The notes under the pieces were generated by a model. The model saw only the letters and a program-made list of their open reading frames with translations, did no database searches and had not been told where the DNA came from. Positions 47,763 through 57,563 of a DNA stretch of 64,000 nucleotides are shown here, one piece after another. The translations under genes and the position numbers were made by a program. The DNA is taken from contig OZ287067.1 in assembly GCA_965645245.1 (NCBI GenBank), positions 2,356,001 to 2,420,000 of the forward strand. The letters are read 5' to 3'. How positions within the stretch are numbered: position 1 is the first letter of the stretch; every line of letters starts with the position of its first letter. The DNA comes from Massalongia carnosa (Eukaryota).

Positions 47763-49001
47763 ATGTCAAACCAAGATCAAGGACAACCTATGCCCGAGCA
47801 GCCCATTGAAAGCACAGATGCACAGCTTGCCTACGTGCAGGCCAACCCCCTTCCATTCCTTCAAGAAATGGAGAGATTGCAAAACCAAATAGCAAAATTG
47901 GAACAGGAAGCCCAAGCACGACAAGCCTCCACCATCGTTACACCACCTTCCACGTCTTCCCCTTCTTCCTCTCTCAGTCCCGAGTTCCTTACTTCGATCG
48001 TGGCCGCCGTAACAGCTGCCATGTCCAAGAACCTCTCCACAGACAAACCGGCCAAGTCAGAAAAGCTGCCGGACATTGCCGAATACGACGGCAACATGGA
48101 CAATCTCGATTCATGGGAACAGAGTCTGATACAGAGGATGCATGTGAACCATGACCGCTATCCTACAGAGAACGAAAAGATAACCTATGCCGAATCCCGA
48201 CTTACCATCGGAAAAAAAGCACACAACTTGATGAACAGGTATAGAAAGGATGGCTTGTGCGCGCTGACAAGTCTAAAAGATTGGCGAATGAAATTGCGCC
48301 AGGCATGTGGCAATCGCTTTGAGGAAGAAGACGCACGCACCTATCTTCGTGACACCCTCAAACAGGGTACGCTAAGTTTCGAAGAATACTATAACCTCTT
48401 CACACAGAAGAAAGAACGATCGGGAATGGAAGATGCCTCTCTAATCGACGCCATGCGATCAAATGTCAACTACGCCACACAGGCAGCCGCAATCTCGTGG
48501 CGAAAAACCGATGGGTCCAGGCCCGTTACGTTTGACGATCATGTGCAGATGTGGTCCGACACCGACTGGGACCTGAGGCAGTTAAAACATCGCCATTCTT
48601 GCACCACCCCTGCTGCCAATGCCAGCAATCCTCCGACCACTAGACGAGGAAACGCACCTGCCACGACCAGCACCTCCAACACGACCACACGCATCACCCC
48701 GGCCGTCACCACACCTGCTGTCCCTGTCGCCGCTGCCGGCGGCGATCCCATGGATCTGAGTTCAGCAATGGCCGCCGTTCGAGGCCATAAGTTAACGGAT
48801 CCAGGAGTCCGTAAGATCTGTGATGACTGGAAGCTATGCTTCTATTGTCGACGTCAACATCCGGGTACCATTGGTGACTGCCCGAATCGAAAGACAACCG
48901 CGGTTCGCTCCCTTGTCCTATATGAGGGATCATCAAATGCACAATCAACGCCGATATCAACGTCACAGATATCTAAGGTCCAGGAGGTGGAAAAAGCTTA
49001 G
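47763..49001 (+). CDS. gag: Retrotransposon Gag, 412 aa
   Basis: KSEKLPDIAEYDG, LKQGTLSFEEY, GDPMDLS, variant zinc knuckle CFYCRRQHPGTIGDC. Confidence 0.93.
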   Translation: MSNQDQGQPMPEQPIESTDAQLAYVQANPLPFLQEMERLQNQIAKLEQEAQARQASTIVTPPSTSSPSSSLSPEFLTSIVAAVTAAMSKNLSTDKPAKSEKLPDIAEYDGNMDNLDSWEQSLIQRMHVNHDRYPTENEKITYAESRLTIGKKAHNLMNRYRKDGLCALTSLKDWRMKLRQACGNRFEEEDARTYLRDTLKQGTLSFEEYYNLFTQKKERSGMEDASLIDAMRSNVNYATQAAAISWRKTDGSRPVTFDDHVQMWSDTDWDLRQLKHRHSCTTPAANASNPPTTRRGNAPATTSTSNTTTRITPAVTTPAVPVAAAGGDPMDLSSAMAAVRGHKLTDPGVRKICDDWKLCFYCRRQHPGTIGDCPNRKTTAVRSLVLYEGSSNAQSTPISTSQISKVQEVEKA

Positions 49002-52000
49002 TCTCTGCGCATAGTCGCGCGCAGAGACAACCAGATTTCTTGATTTCTTCTTGCCTGCTGTCCACATCGTTTACACCGCCGCTCATGTCTAGCAATCGTT
49101 TTTCGGCGGCGTCTGCTCTTACTCTTTTTGAAACTGATGAGACATTTAGAGATAGTCATATGGTTATCTCTTGTATATTACGTCGTTTTCAAACCAGAAT
49201 AAAAGCTTTGATTCTTGTGGACAGTGGTGCATCTGGATATTCCTTTATTGATCAAGATTTCGCGCGTTTTCATAACTTCCCCTTACACCAATTGAAATAT
49301 CCTAGACGACTTTCCGGCTTCGATGGCCAGCCAGCATTGACTGGCAACATAACGCACATCGCCGAAGTTACCATGGACCTAAATGGGCATGTAGAAAAGC
49401 TCTTTCTTTATGTAACAGGATTAAGACATTACCCCATTGTTTTGGGCCACCCATGGCTTCGCAGACACGGAGTCATTACAAACTTTTCCAACAACACCTT
49501 GTCCCTATCGTCCCCCTTTTGCCTTGCACACTGCTGTCCTTCATCTGTAATGGTGCAATCAGCCACCACGAAAGAAGAAGAATTCCTTATGCCTGCCGAA
49601 AGTCAGAAGGTATGGCAATCAGAAGAAACAGCTCTGCAGACCACTCAACCCGAGCTCTCCATCTTTGAATATCAAAAAGAAGATGGCCCAAGCCGAATAC
49701 TCACCGCCATTCAGAGAGGCACAACTCCGAAAATCAGACCACGATCACAAAGCTATGTACGTGTCAGACCCCAATCAGTTCGGACACTCAGTCCAATCCA
49801 GAAACCCAATCAGACTCAGATATCCAGCTCAGTTCAGACAATCAACTCAACTCAGACATCCTGCAGCAATTCGTCACAAATTTGCGAAGTCAGCGCAGTA
49901 ACTTTCGATCGCCTTGCTAGAAAGAAAAATCACGAGATATTTAGTATCTCACTTCATGAAATCGATCGCTTTTTAGGAATAAAAGCACCTCCCAGTCCCA
50001 GTCCCAGTCATTCCGACCCTAGCTCATCCATTAGCCTAATAGCGATGCAGGCCTTTCCACCATTGAATCCGAAGGCCTGCCCTAGCGATAAGGATATGCA
50101 TATGACCATCTGCAAAATGAATAAGGAGCTAACCTTAGAAACATCCGTAACTCAAGAAGAGCTTGAAGCCATTCGGGAACGAAAGAACGTTGACCCGAGC
50201 ACCATCTTACCGAAACAATATCACGAATTCCTAGACGTTTTTTCTAGAAAAGAATCTGAAGTGCTTCCAGAGCGCCGGCCCTACGACCATGCCATCAATT
50301 TGAAAGATGGCTTCCAACCTCCAAATCAAGCGTTATACGGCATGAGCCGCGACGAAATAGAAGAACTCCGTCGGTATTTAGACGATAATTTGGCCAAGGG
50401 GTTCATTCGTGCCAGCCGTTCGCATGCGGCGTCTCCTGTCATGTTCGTGAAAAAGCCCGGAGGGGGCCTTCGCTTCTGTGTTGATTACAGAGGCCTGAAT
50501 GCCGTCACTATCAAGAATAGATATCCGTTGCCATTGATAGCCGAGACCTTGAATCGCTTGTCCAAAGCTAAAATATTTACTAAATTAGATATAATAGCAG
50601 CCTTTAATCGCCTACGCATAAAGGAAGGCGACGAAGAACTCACCGCATTCCGCACAAGATTTGGTCTATTTGAGTACCTGGTAATGCCTTTCGGGTTGTG
50701 TAATGGACCCGCCTCTTTTCAGCACTTTATCAACGATACTCTGCGAGAGTATCTGGACGACTTTTGCACCGCATATTTGGATGACATTCTGATATACAGT
50801 GACGTTGAATCAGAGCACGAGATTCACGTTAAAAGAATTTTGATCAAACTGCGTGAGGCAGGCCTTCAAGCAGACATCACTAAATGCGCATTTCATGTGA
50901 AAGAAGTTTCATATCTAGGTCTAATCGTGACCACAGAGGGGATAAAAATGGACCCTGCCAAAGTCGAAACTGTTATTAATTGGCCCACTCCCCAAAACGT
51001 GAAAGACGTACAGAGCTTCTTAGGGTTTGCGAACTTTTATAGACGATTCATTCTGAGGTTTAGCATGATTGCTGGCCCATTAACCAACCTCACACGAAAA
51101 GACGTGAAATTTTTATGGACTGATAAATGTCAGCAAGCTTTCGACACTATGAAGAGAACCTTCACCTCAGACGTAGTCTTATTGCACTTCGATCCAGACA
51201 AGCCAATTATCGTGGAGACAGACGCCTCTGATTATATATCCGCAGGAATTCTTTCGCAATATGACAAGAACAGTGTTCTAAGACCTATTGCTTACTTTTC
51301 CAAGAAACACAATCCGGCGGAATGTAATTATGAAATCTATGATAAGGAGTTAATGGCAATCGTTCGGGCTTTCGAAGAATGGAGACCCGAATTGGAGGGT
51401 TCCGCTCACCCAATCAATGTAATCACGGATCACAAAAATCTAGAATATTTCACGTCTTCCAAGCAATTGAGCCGCCGTCAAGCTCGCTGGAGCGAGTTCT
51501 TATCCCGATTTGATTATAAAATAATCTATCGCCCTGGAAAAGCAGGTGGGAAACCAGACGCCCTAACAAGGAGATCAGGAGATCTCCCTAAAGAAGGGGA
51601 TGAAACAGACGAACGCCGACAATTTCAACATCAAACTGTCATCAAATCGCATAATATAGATGCAGAAGTTGCCCGAGACCTGAATTTATGCCCTGTTATA
51701 AGATTAGCACCCGCTTTCCTAGAACAAGAAGTCATAAGGCTAGCACCTGCGTTTTTAGAACAGGAACAGGAACTCGATGAATCCGAAAATCTAGGCAACG
51801 AAGATGATAATCATAACGACGAACCTCAACTCAATCCAGATTCAGATCAGATCGCCTCTGACAATGACCCGATGGATATCCCTACCGACGAGCTTTGGAA
51901 TCAAGCCATTCAAAGAGATCGCTTTGCCCCGAAAATTCTAGTAATGCTGCAAAACGGAACCAGATATCACAGCGGACTTCAGTTGGCTGAATGCGAAGAC

Positions 52001-53434
52001 AGGGATGGTGTTCTTTACTTCCGAAATCGACGATATGTACCAAAATCAGACAGATTGAGACTCAGGATTCTGCAACTAGCCCACGATAGTGTGGTAGGTG
52101 GCCATCCAGGACGTGCGAAATGCTTCGAGATTATCGGCCGCTCCTATTGGTGGCCCAGTATGCATAAAACCATTCAGCAATTCGTGCGAAACTGCCATGT
52201 GTGTAAACGGTCTAAACCATCGCGGGAAAGATATCAAGGATGGTTGCGACCGTTGCCTCCGCCAGAACGCCGCTGGCGCGACGTATCCATGGATTATGTC
52301 GGTCCTCTCCCCGTAAGTACCTTTATGGGAGTCACCTATCGCTACATTCTTGTATTCGTTGATCGATTATCCAAACAAAAGCATTACGCACCTACCATAA
52401 CGATGGAAGTCGAAGAAGCCGCAACAGCTTTTTATTGGTATGTATGGAAACACCATGGCCTGCCAGATGTTCTAGTTTCTGATCGTGGATCCCAATTCGT
52501 ATCGGACTTCTGGCAAACATTGTGCAAACGACTAAAGATTGATGCTCGTTTATCAACCAGTTATCATCCTGAAACAGATGGTCAAACGGAAAGAGCAAAT
52601 GCGTCAATGGAGCATTACCTTAGGGCTTATGTGAATTATATGCAGGATGATTGGGTCGAGTTTCTTCCTGGCGCTGAATTCGCTGCCAATAACACTGATT
52701 CATCTAGCACTCTGGCATCGCCATTTTTAGCAAATTCAGGGCAACACCCCCGCATGGGCTTTGAACCTGCAGAACCTCTACCGGAAAATATATCGACCCA
52801 GGCCCGGGCAAATCTGATTGCTGCTAATAAATTCGCTGACAGGATGCAGAAATTAGATTCTCACCTGCGTGACGAAATGCTAATTGCTCAAGCCATATAT
52901 GAATCCAACGCCAACGCAAATCGTCGTCCCTGCCCTCGTTATTCTGTCGGAGATATGGTCTGGTTAAACACAAAGAATATCCAGACTGCCAGACCTACGG
53001 TGAAATTGGACGACAGAAATATAGGACCATATCGGGTGAATCGTGTCTTCCCAAACAATCCTTTAATCGTACAGTTGGAACTCCCAGAGACTGTCAAGAT
53101 TCATCCTGTTTTCCATGTCAATCTCTTGCAACACGACCCTGCCGACCCTTTGCCCGGTCAACACCCAGCACCGCGTGATCCTGTTATCGCAGAAGACGGG
53201 CAACGGGAATGGTATGTAAACAGCATTCTGAACTCAAAATACGATCGCCGTTATCAGCCGCCTCTGTTGCAGTATTTCGTCAATTGGGAAGGACATACCC
53301 CTACTTGGGAACCATTCAACTTCCTAACTAATTGTCAGCAAGCCTTAGACGACTTTCATTCTGCTTACCCTGCCGCCGCCGGACCACACATCACCCCATG
53401 TACAACTCCCCGCTGTCGTTGCCAAGAAATTTAG
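48977..53434 (+). CDS. pol: Retrotransposon Pol: protease, RT, RNase H, integrase, chromodomain
   Basis: LVDSGA; LRFCVDYR, MPFGLCNGPA, AYLDDILIY; VETDASD, YDKELMAI; HHCC zinc finger, VSDRGSQF, HPETDGQTER; EWYVNSILNS..YFVNWEGH..TWEP. Confidence 0.97.
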   Translation, partial: GPGGGKSLVSAHSRAQRQPDFLISSCLLSTSFTPPLMSSNRFSAASALTLFETDETFRDSHMVISCILRRFQTRIKALILVDSGASGYSFIDQDFARFHNFPLHQLKYPRRLSGFDGQPALTGNITHIAEVTMDLNGHVEKLFLYVTGLRHYPIVLGHPWLRRHGVITNFSNNTLSLSSPFCLAHCCPSSVMVQSATTKEEEFLMPAESQKVWQSEETALQTTQPELSIFEYQKEDGPSRILTAIQRGTTPKIRPRSQSYVRVRPQSVRTLSPIQKPNQTQISSSVQTINSTQTSCSNSSQICEVSAVTFDRLARKKNHEIFSISLHEIDRFLGIKAPPSPSPSHSDPSSSISLIAMQAFPPLNPKACPSDKDMHMTICKMNKELTLETSVTQEELEAIRERKNVDPSTILPKQYHEFLDVFSRKESEVLPERRPYDHAINLKDGFQPPNQALYGMSRDEIEELRRYLDDNLAKGFIRASRSHAASPVMFVKKPGGGLRFCVDYRGLNAVTIKNRYPLPLIAETLNRLSKAKIFTKLDIIAAFNRLRIKEGDEELTAFRTRFGLFEYLVMPFGLCNGPASFQHFINDTLREYLDDFCTAYLDDILIYSDVESEHEIHVKRILIKLREAGLQADITKCAFHVKEVSYLGLIVTTEGIKMDPAKVETVINWPTPQNVKDVQSFLGFANFYRRFILRFSMIAGPLTNLTRKDVKFLWTDKCQQAFDTMKRTFTSDVVLLHFDPDKPIIVETDASDYISAGILSQYDKNSVLRPIAYFSKKHNPAECNYEIYDKELMAIVRAFEEWRPELEGSAHPINVITDHKNLEYFTSSKQLSRRQARWSEFLSRFDYKIIYRPGKAGGKPDALTRRSGDLPKEGDETDERRQFQHQTVIKSHNIDAEVARDLNLCPVIRLAPAFLEQEVIRLAPAFLEQEQELDESENLGNEDDNHNDEPQLNPDSDQIASDNDPMDIPTDELWNQAIQRDRFAPKILVMLQNGTRYHSGLQLAECEDRDGVLYFRNRRYVPKSDRLRLRILQLAHDSVVGGHPGRAKCFEIIGRSYWWPSMHKTIQQFVRNCHVCKRSKPSRERYQGWLRPLPPPERRWRDVSMDYVGPLPVSTFMGVTYRYILVFVDRLSKQKHYAPTITMEVEEAATAFYWYVWKHHGLPDVLVSDRGSQFVSDFWQTLCKRLKIDARLSTSYHPETDGQTERANASMEHYLRAYVNYMQDDWVEFLPGAEFAANNTDSSSTLASPFLANSGQHPRMGFEPAEPLPENISTQARANLIAANKFADRMQKLDSHLRDEMLIAQAIYESNANANRRPCPRYSVGDMVWLNTKNIQTARPTVKLDDRNIGPYRVNRVFPNNPLIVQLELPETVKIHPVFHVNLLQHDPADPLPGQHPAPRDPVIAEDGQREWYVNSILNSKYDRRYQPPLLQYFVNWEGHTPTWEPFNFLTNCQQALDDFHSAYPAAAGPHITPCTTPRCRCQEI
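48989..49028 (+). promoter_or_regulatory. Probable -1 ribosomal frameshift signal (gag-pol)
   Basis: G GAA AAA just before the gag TAG; pol frame is -1 and open from 48977; perfect 10-bp stem GTCTCTGCGC/GCGCAGAGAC (49001-49028). Confidence 0.75.
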
Positions 53435-53457
53435 TCAACTCGCAGGAGCTCGTTCTT

Positions 53458-53468
53458 GAAGAGGGGAG
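53458..53468 (+). other. Polypurine tract
   Basis: GAAGAGGGGAG 4 nt upstream of the 3' LTR. Confidence 0.85.
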
Positions 53469-53472
53469 CTAC

Positions 53473-53896
53473 TGTCACGGAATCGCTTCGCACCCTCCCG
53501 CTTGTCCTGATCGGGTTAGTATTTAACAGGGCCCATTGCTGTCATCCATCGTGCTCAGGCGTTCTTCTGCCGCCCTCAGCGCACTATCAATCTCCTACAA
53601 TCCGTATCCAATCTCAACGTCTCCACTATCCAGGCTTATGACTGAGAGTGCTTCAGCACAGATAAAGGCGGGATAGGTCAAAGCAATCATGTTAAGGAAA
53701 TTAGTACAGGAACAGAGACGGGGCAAGTCGAGAATAGGAGAGTTGAAAGCCATGGCTATAAAGTCTATGTGGTTTCCCAGGTGTTTAGAGCTCTTCATCG
53801 GACGTCTTGTGTATTATTCTCAACTTCTAGTTTTAGCATATCTAGATATCCGTTCTGCAAGATAGAGTCTTGTATCTCTCCAGCCCTCCCCTGACA
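53473..53896 (+). repeat. 3' LTR
   Basis: 424 bp, matches the 5' LTR. Confidence 0.97.
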
Positions 53897-54995
53897 ATGT
53901 CAAGGGATTGGCTGCTCGAAAAACAGAAAGAGATCGAGTCAAACAGCTGAAAGAAATGCAGAAAATGCTCGGTCCCATTCCAGTTGAGATGTATGAGAAG
54001 ATTCCTGACCCCGAGGCATTATGGAAGGCCACGAATGAGGTATGGATAGCTGAGGAAGCGAAGAAGGAAATTAGAAAGAATCCGCGTGACAATGTCAATG
54101 AGGAAGATGTCACGTTTATCGTAGATAGCACTGGTCATGGAGATAATTCAATCCTTCCAGATCTTCTAGAAGGAGAAACATGGCTACGAGATGATTTCGT
54201 ATCTTTCGATTTGGAAGAATCATTGAAAGAATTCGATTTAGAAGCATCTTTTCAACCAGGAGATGCGAATAATTGGTAGAATGCGGGGTATGCGGGGTAT
54301 GCGGAGTAAGCGGAGAATCACGAGGGTCAGGGGGTCAGGGGGGTCAAGGGAAATGATTTTGACGACGGTGATGATGACGGCGATGATTTTCAAGCTATGT
54401 ACGGTAGCGACTGATTTTTAATCAATGTGGTTGTTGGTCAATGATCAAAAAGATGAAGAAATTTGAATTTGAGGGGATGCAACCGCTTTCCGGGATGGAA
54501 CCGCTTTCCGGGATGCAACCGCTTTCCCCGACTAAAATGCGGTCGACATTTTTTCAAGTCGGATCCCGGAGGTAAGCGAGCCGACGATTAATTCATTTTC
54601 TTCGACAATCTACGAATAATGAAAAAGGCACTCCGTTCGGTTCGGCCTCCTCCTTATTTTTTAAGGAGTCTCCTTCGCGGCAAGTTCTATAGTTGGTAGT
54701 CGCGAGGTCCTTTTTTTATTAAGGAGGGTTCTATTTGCCTCTGTATTCGACGATTGTATGTCTTTTAAATATGGAACACTACTTGCAGCGATGATCGCAA
54801 ACAGCGACGGTTATCAATTTAATCTTGATGAGAATTGTTCCCAATCTAATTCTGACTACTCAGCATGAGTCGAATAGAGGCAAAGAATATACGACGAGTT
54901 TACTTACTTGTCAATAGCTTCTTATTGTAGCCGTGAATAAGACGCTATAAACGCACGGACACCAGCTTATTCAGGGGTGCAAAAAGGAAGCAGTC

Positions 54996-55121
54996 TTAAT
55001 GTTACCGAACAGACCCTTAATGTTACCGAACAGACCCTTAATGTTACCGAACAGACCCTTAATGTTACCGAACAGACCCTTAATGTTACCGAACAGACCC
55101 TTAATGTTACCGAACAGACCC
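54996..55121. repeat. Perfect 21-bp tandem array, 6 copies
   Basis: (TTAATGTTACCGAACAGACCC)6; unit is essentially the reverse complement of the palindrome spacer at 56556-56577. Confidence 0.97.
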
Positions 55122-55134
55122 TAGTTGACTGACA

Positions 55135-56454
55135 CACGCGGCTGACAAAAAAACCGGGACACCAAAATTTTCACCCCACCAAAATCTACCCCTTATTTTC
55201 ACTTTGCTACGTACAGTTACCATGCAATCAAATCAATAATCAATAACCAGTCATCTTGCCTTCACCTCGAATCACCGCCTCTAGTCGATCGGGCATACTA
55301 GCTACTTTCTCATTGATAAAACCCTGAGAAACGTGGCTCCAACCCTCATAAATCAGCCCTTTTGTGGTCTCATCGTCCCAATGGGGATATTTGTAGAGCT
55401 CCTGCTTGACCGGCTGCCAGCAATTTTCAATGGGCGATAAATCAGGAGATGAAGGGCAGTTAAAATAATGTTCGAGCCCATGCTCCTCTTTCCAAGTGCG
55501 TACGATGTTTGATTTGCCTGGCCCATGCCCTGAATAACCATCTTCCTCCAACATGAAATTATGCCCCTGATCAAGCCACGGTTTGACTATAGGATCTAAA
55601 ATTTGATCAATATAAACCCGTTGACTCATTTTTCCATTCTTATTGCCCGAGACGTCGTAAAAATGAATGAAAGACTTGAAATCGTGCCCTGCGGCCGCCC
55701 AACAATGATGCCTTTTTTTATTCTTCTCATTCGGCATGTGCTCCTCTCGTATGCAATCTTGACAGTATCGTTGGCCCGGCTTGCGAATGATTCGTAGCTT
55801 GCCTTTTGAACCCCATCCAAATGAACTTCATCACTAAATCTGACTCGATACCAGTCCTCCTTTTCAGGATATTTATTCAACATGAATGTGGCCCATTCAA
55901 CTCTTTTAGCTGCTGTTCGCTCATTGACCCAGCACTTCTTACAAGACACGCACTTATGATAATCCATTGTCCCCATTGCTCTTTGTATCGTACGGCCACT
56001 GCAATCCAGCCCAACTTCGTAGCCTAGCTGCTGCCACGTTAAAGAGCGAGCTTCAATGCCTTCTTCTTCTAAAATTCGTTCCATCTCTCGAATTTTGACG
56101 GAAGAAATCAGGGATTTTCTTCCTCTAGTCTCCTTGTGATCAGGATTATTGTGTAGTTGGCGAGAAGAAGAGTCCTCATTTCGAAGCATTTCATAGCCAC
56201 GTGTGCGACTAACGTTGAATGTTCGAAAAACATCCTCCTTATAGTACGGTAATTTCATATGATCGGCGAAATGAACCGCTGCCCGAACTGATGCCTTGGT
56301 GGGAGTAGAATAATGAGCTAATAGAGCTCGAGTTTCAATGTTTGGAGTATGTGGGCGTGAGTCATCCATGATTGAGATGTTGAAGATGGGGAGAAAAGGG
56401 TAGATTTTGGTGGGGTGAGAGTTTCGGTGTCCCGGTTTTTTTGTCAGCCGCGTG
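55135..56454 (-). mobile_element. Tc1-like (DD37E) DNA transposon, 1320 bp
   Basis: ~57-bp TIRs CACGCGGCTGACAAAAAAACCGGGACACCRAAAYTYTCACCCCACCAAAATCTACCC; flanks are not TA. Confidence 0.92.
55240..56369 (-). pseudogene. Tc1-like DD37E transposase with one frameshift
   Basis: [32 protein letters not shown] (37 aa between D and E); 1-nt loss in a T-run near 55821, correction restores FGWGSKGKLRIIRKPGQRYCQDC. Confidence 0.88.
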
Positions 56455-57563
56455 ACTGATTAAGAATTGTCAATAGCTTCTTGTTGTAGCCGCGAATAAG
56501 ACGCTATAAACGCACGGACACCAGCTTATTCAGGGGTGCAAAAAGGAGCAGTCTTTTAGGGTCTGTTCGGTAACATTAAGACTGCTCTTTTTGCACCCCC
56601 GAATAAGCTGGTGTCCGTGCGTTTATAGCGTCTTATTCGCGGCTACAATAAGAAGCTAGAGTAGGCAGGATCTGATCTAATCTAATCTTTCATTGTGCTG
56701 GTAGAAGTACATTCTAAAATGAGACGAAAGAGCTCAGAATTTGCAGTCAAGAGATGTATAAACCACAAGTACCGATGATATCTTGACAAGACCTAGAAAG
56801 TTCGGCGGATTGAGAAAACGGCAGCCCTTCTTGATATCAGGCACTACATATTTCTGCCTTGTGGGATCATGGGTATCTGTTTTAGGTCCAGAGTTCTCCC
56901 CCGGGGTCGAGGACGTTGAAACCATTAGTTACTGTCACAAGCCATTCGTGACCTTGCTGCATTGAAGCTGTACGATTAGAAGTGCAAGAGTGGATCTTGT
57001 GCCCCGAGCCAAACAACGCACTACCACGGAATGGAGCGTTACTAGCCAAATGACTTTGATGAGGTTCAGAGGGGAAAACTCGGCTCTTGTAGATGAGTTT
57101 CATACCTGGGGACTGGGAATATCTTCTTTCCACGGCACAGATGAATTATGCTGACATTTTTTGATACGAATGGAGCTTAAAGGCTCGGTGGATCATGAAT
57201 ATTAAGCCATATAATGAAATTGGTCGTCTGGGGTTTTCTCTAATCGTCATTGTTATGAGAGTAATAGCTAGGTTGGGACTTCAAGGGAGGCAGAAACATT
57301 CATCGGTAGTGATTCCATCGATTGATGTTTCATTCAAAACAAAACAAAAAAACAATACATGCTACTTAAACCTCTATGTCACCGAAGCCCGTTAGTGCCT
57401 ACCCTGAAAACTAAAGCTTGTGGATTTGAAATCTTACGTCTTCGGTAAAGCATTCCCGCAGCAACACCGATCTACAATACCACGTAGGGAGTGAGGATCA
57501 GAAAAGAGATGTAATATGGACAAGGTAAATCTAGAGTACGGGGGAGTCTTAAAAGTGACCGAG

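Larger units (their letters stand above)
47255..53896 (+). mobile_element. Full-length Ty3/gypsy chromovirus LTR retrotransposon, 6642 bp
   Basis: TG..CA LTRs of 424 bp, 5-bp TSD ATGTC (47250-54, 53897-901), intact gag and pol, PPT. Confidence 0.98.
45621..54279 (+). pseudogene. Fot1/pogo DD35D transposase, frameshifted and split by LTR insertion (45621-47254 + 53902-54279)
   Basis: NFDEAGF, LLMDNHGSH, QPLDVGVF (35-aa spacing); 1-nt loss in the C-run near 46275; removing the retroelement restores ..RDEMHV|KGLAARKTER.. in frame to TAG 54279. Confidence 0.92.
45355..54588 (+). mobile_element. Fot1/pogo DNA transposon (~2.6 kb) interrupted by a gypsy retrotransposon
   Basis: Long TIRs 45355-45542 (188 bp) and 54383-54588 (206 bp, one extra 18-bp subrepeat); TA at 45353-54 and 54589-90. 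Confidence 0.95.
54915..56658. mobile_element. Foldback/MITE-like structure with three copies of an ~82-bp arm, enclosing a Tc1-like element
   Basis: Arm TAGCTTCTTRTTGTAGCCGYGAATAAGACG...GCAGTCTT at 54915 (+), 56474 (+) and 56578-56658 (inverted); 56474-56658 is a near-perfect palindrome with a 22-bp spacer. Confidence 0.75.

Noticed and set aside
55135..55156. RSS/Transib-like CAC...ACAAAAAAACC end
   Set aside because: Spacing does not fit 12/23 and the transposase is clearly Tc1-type
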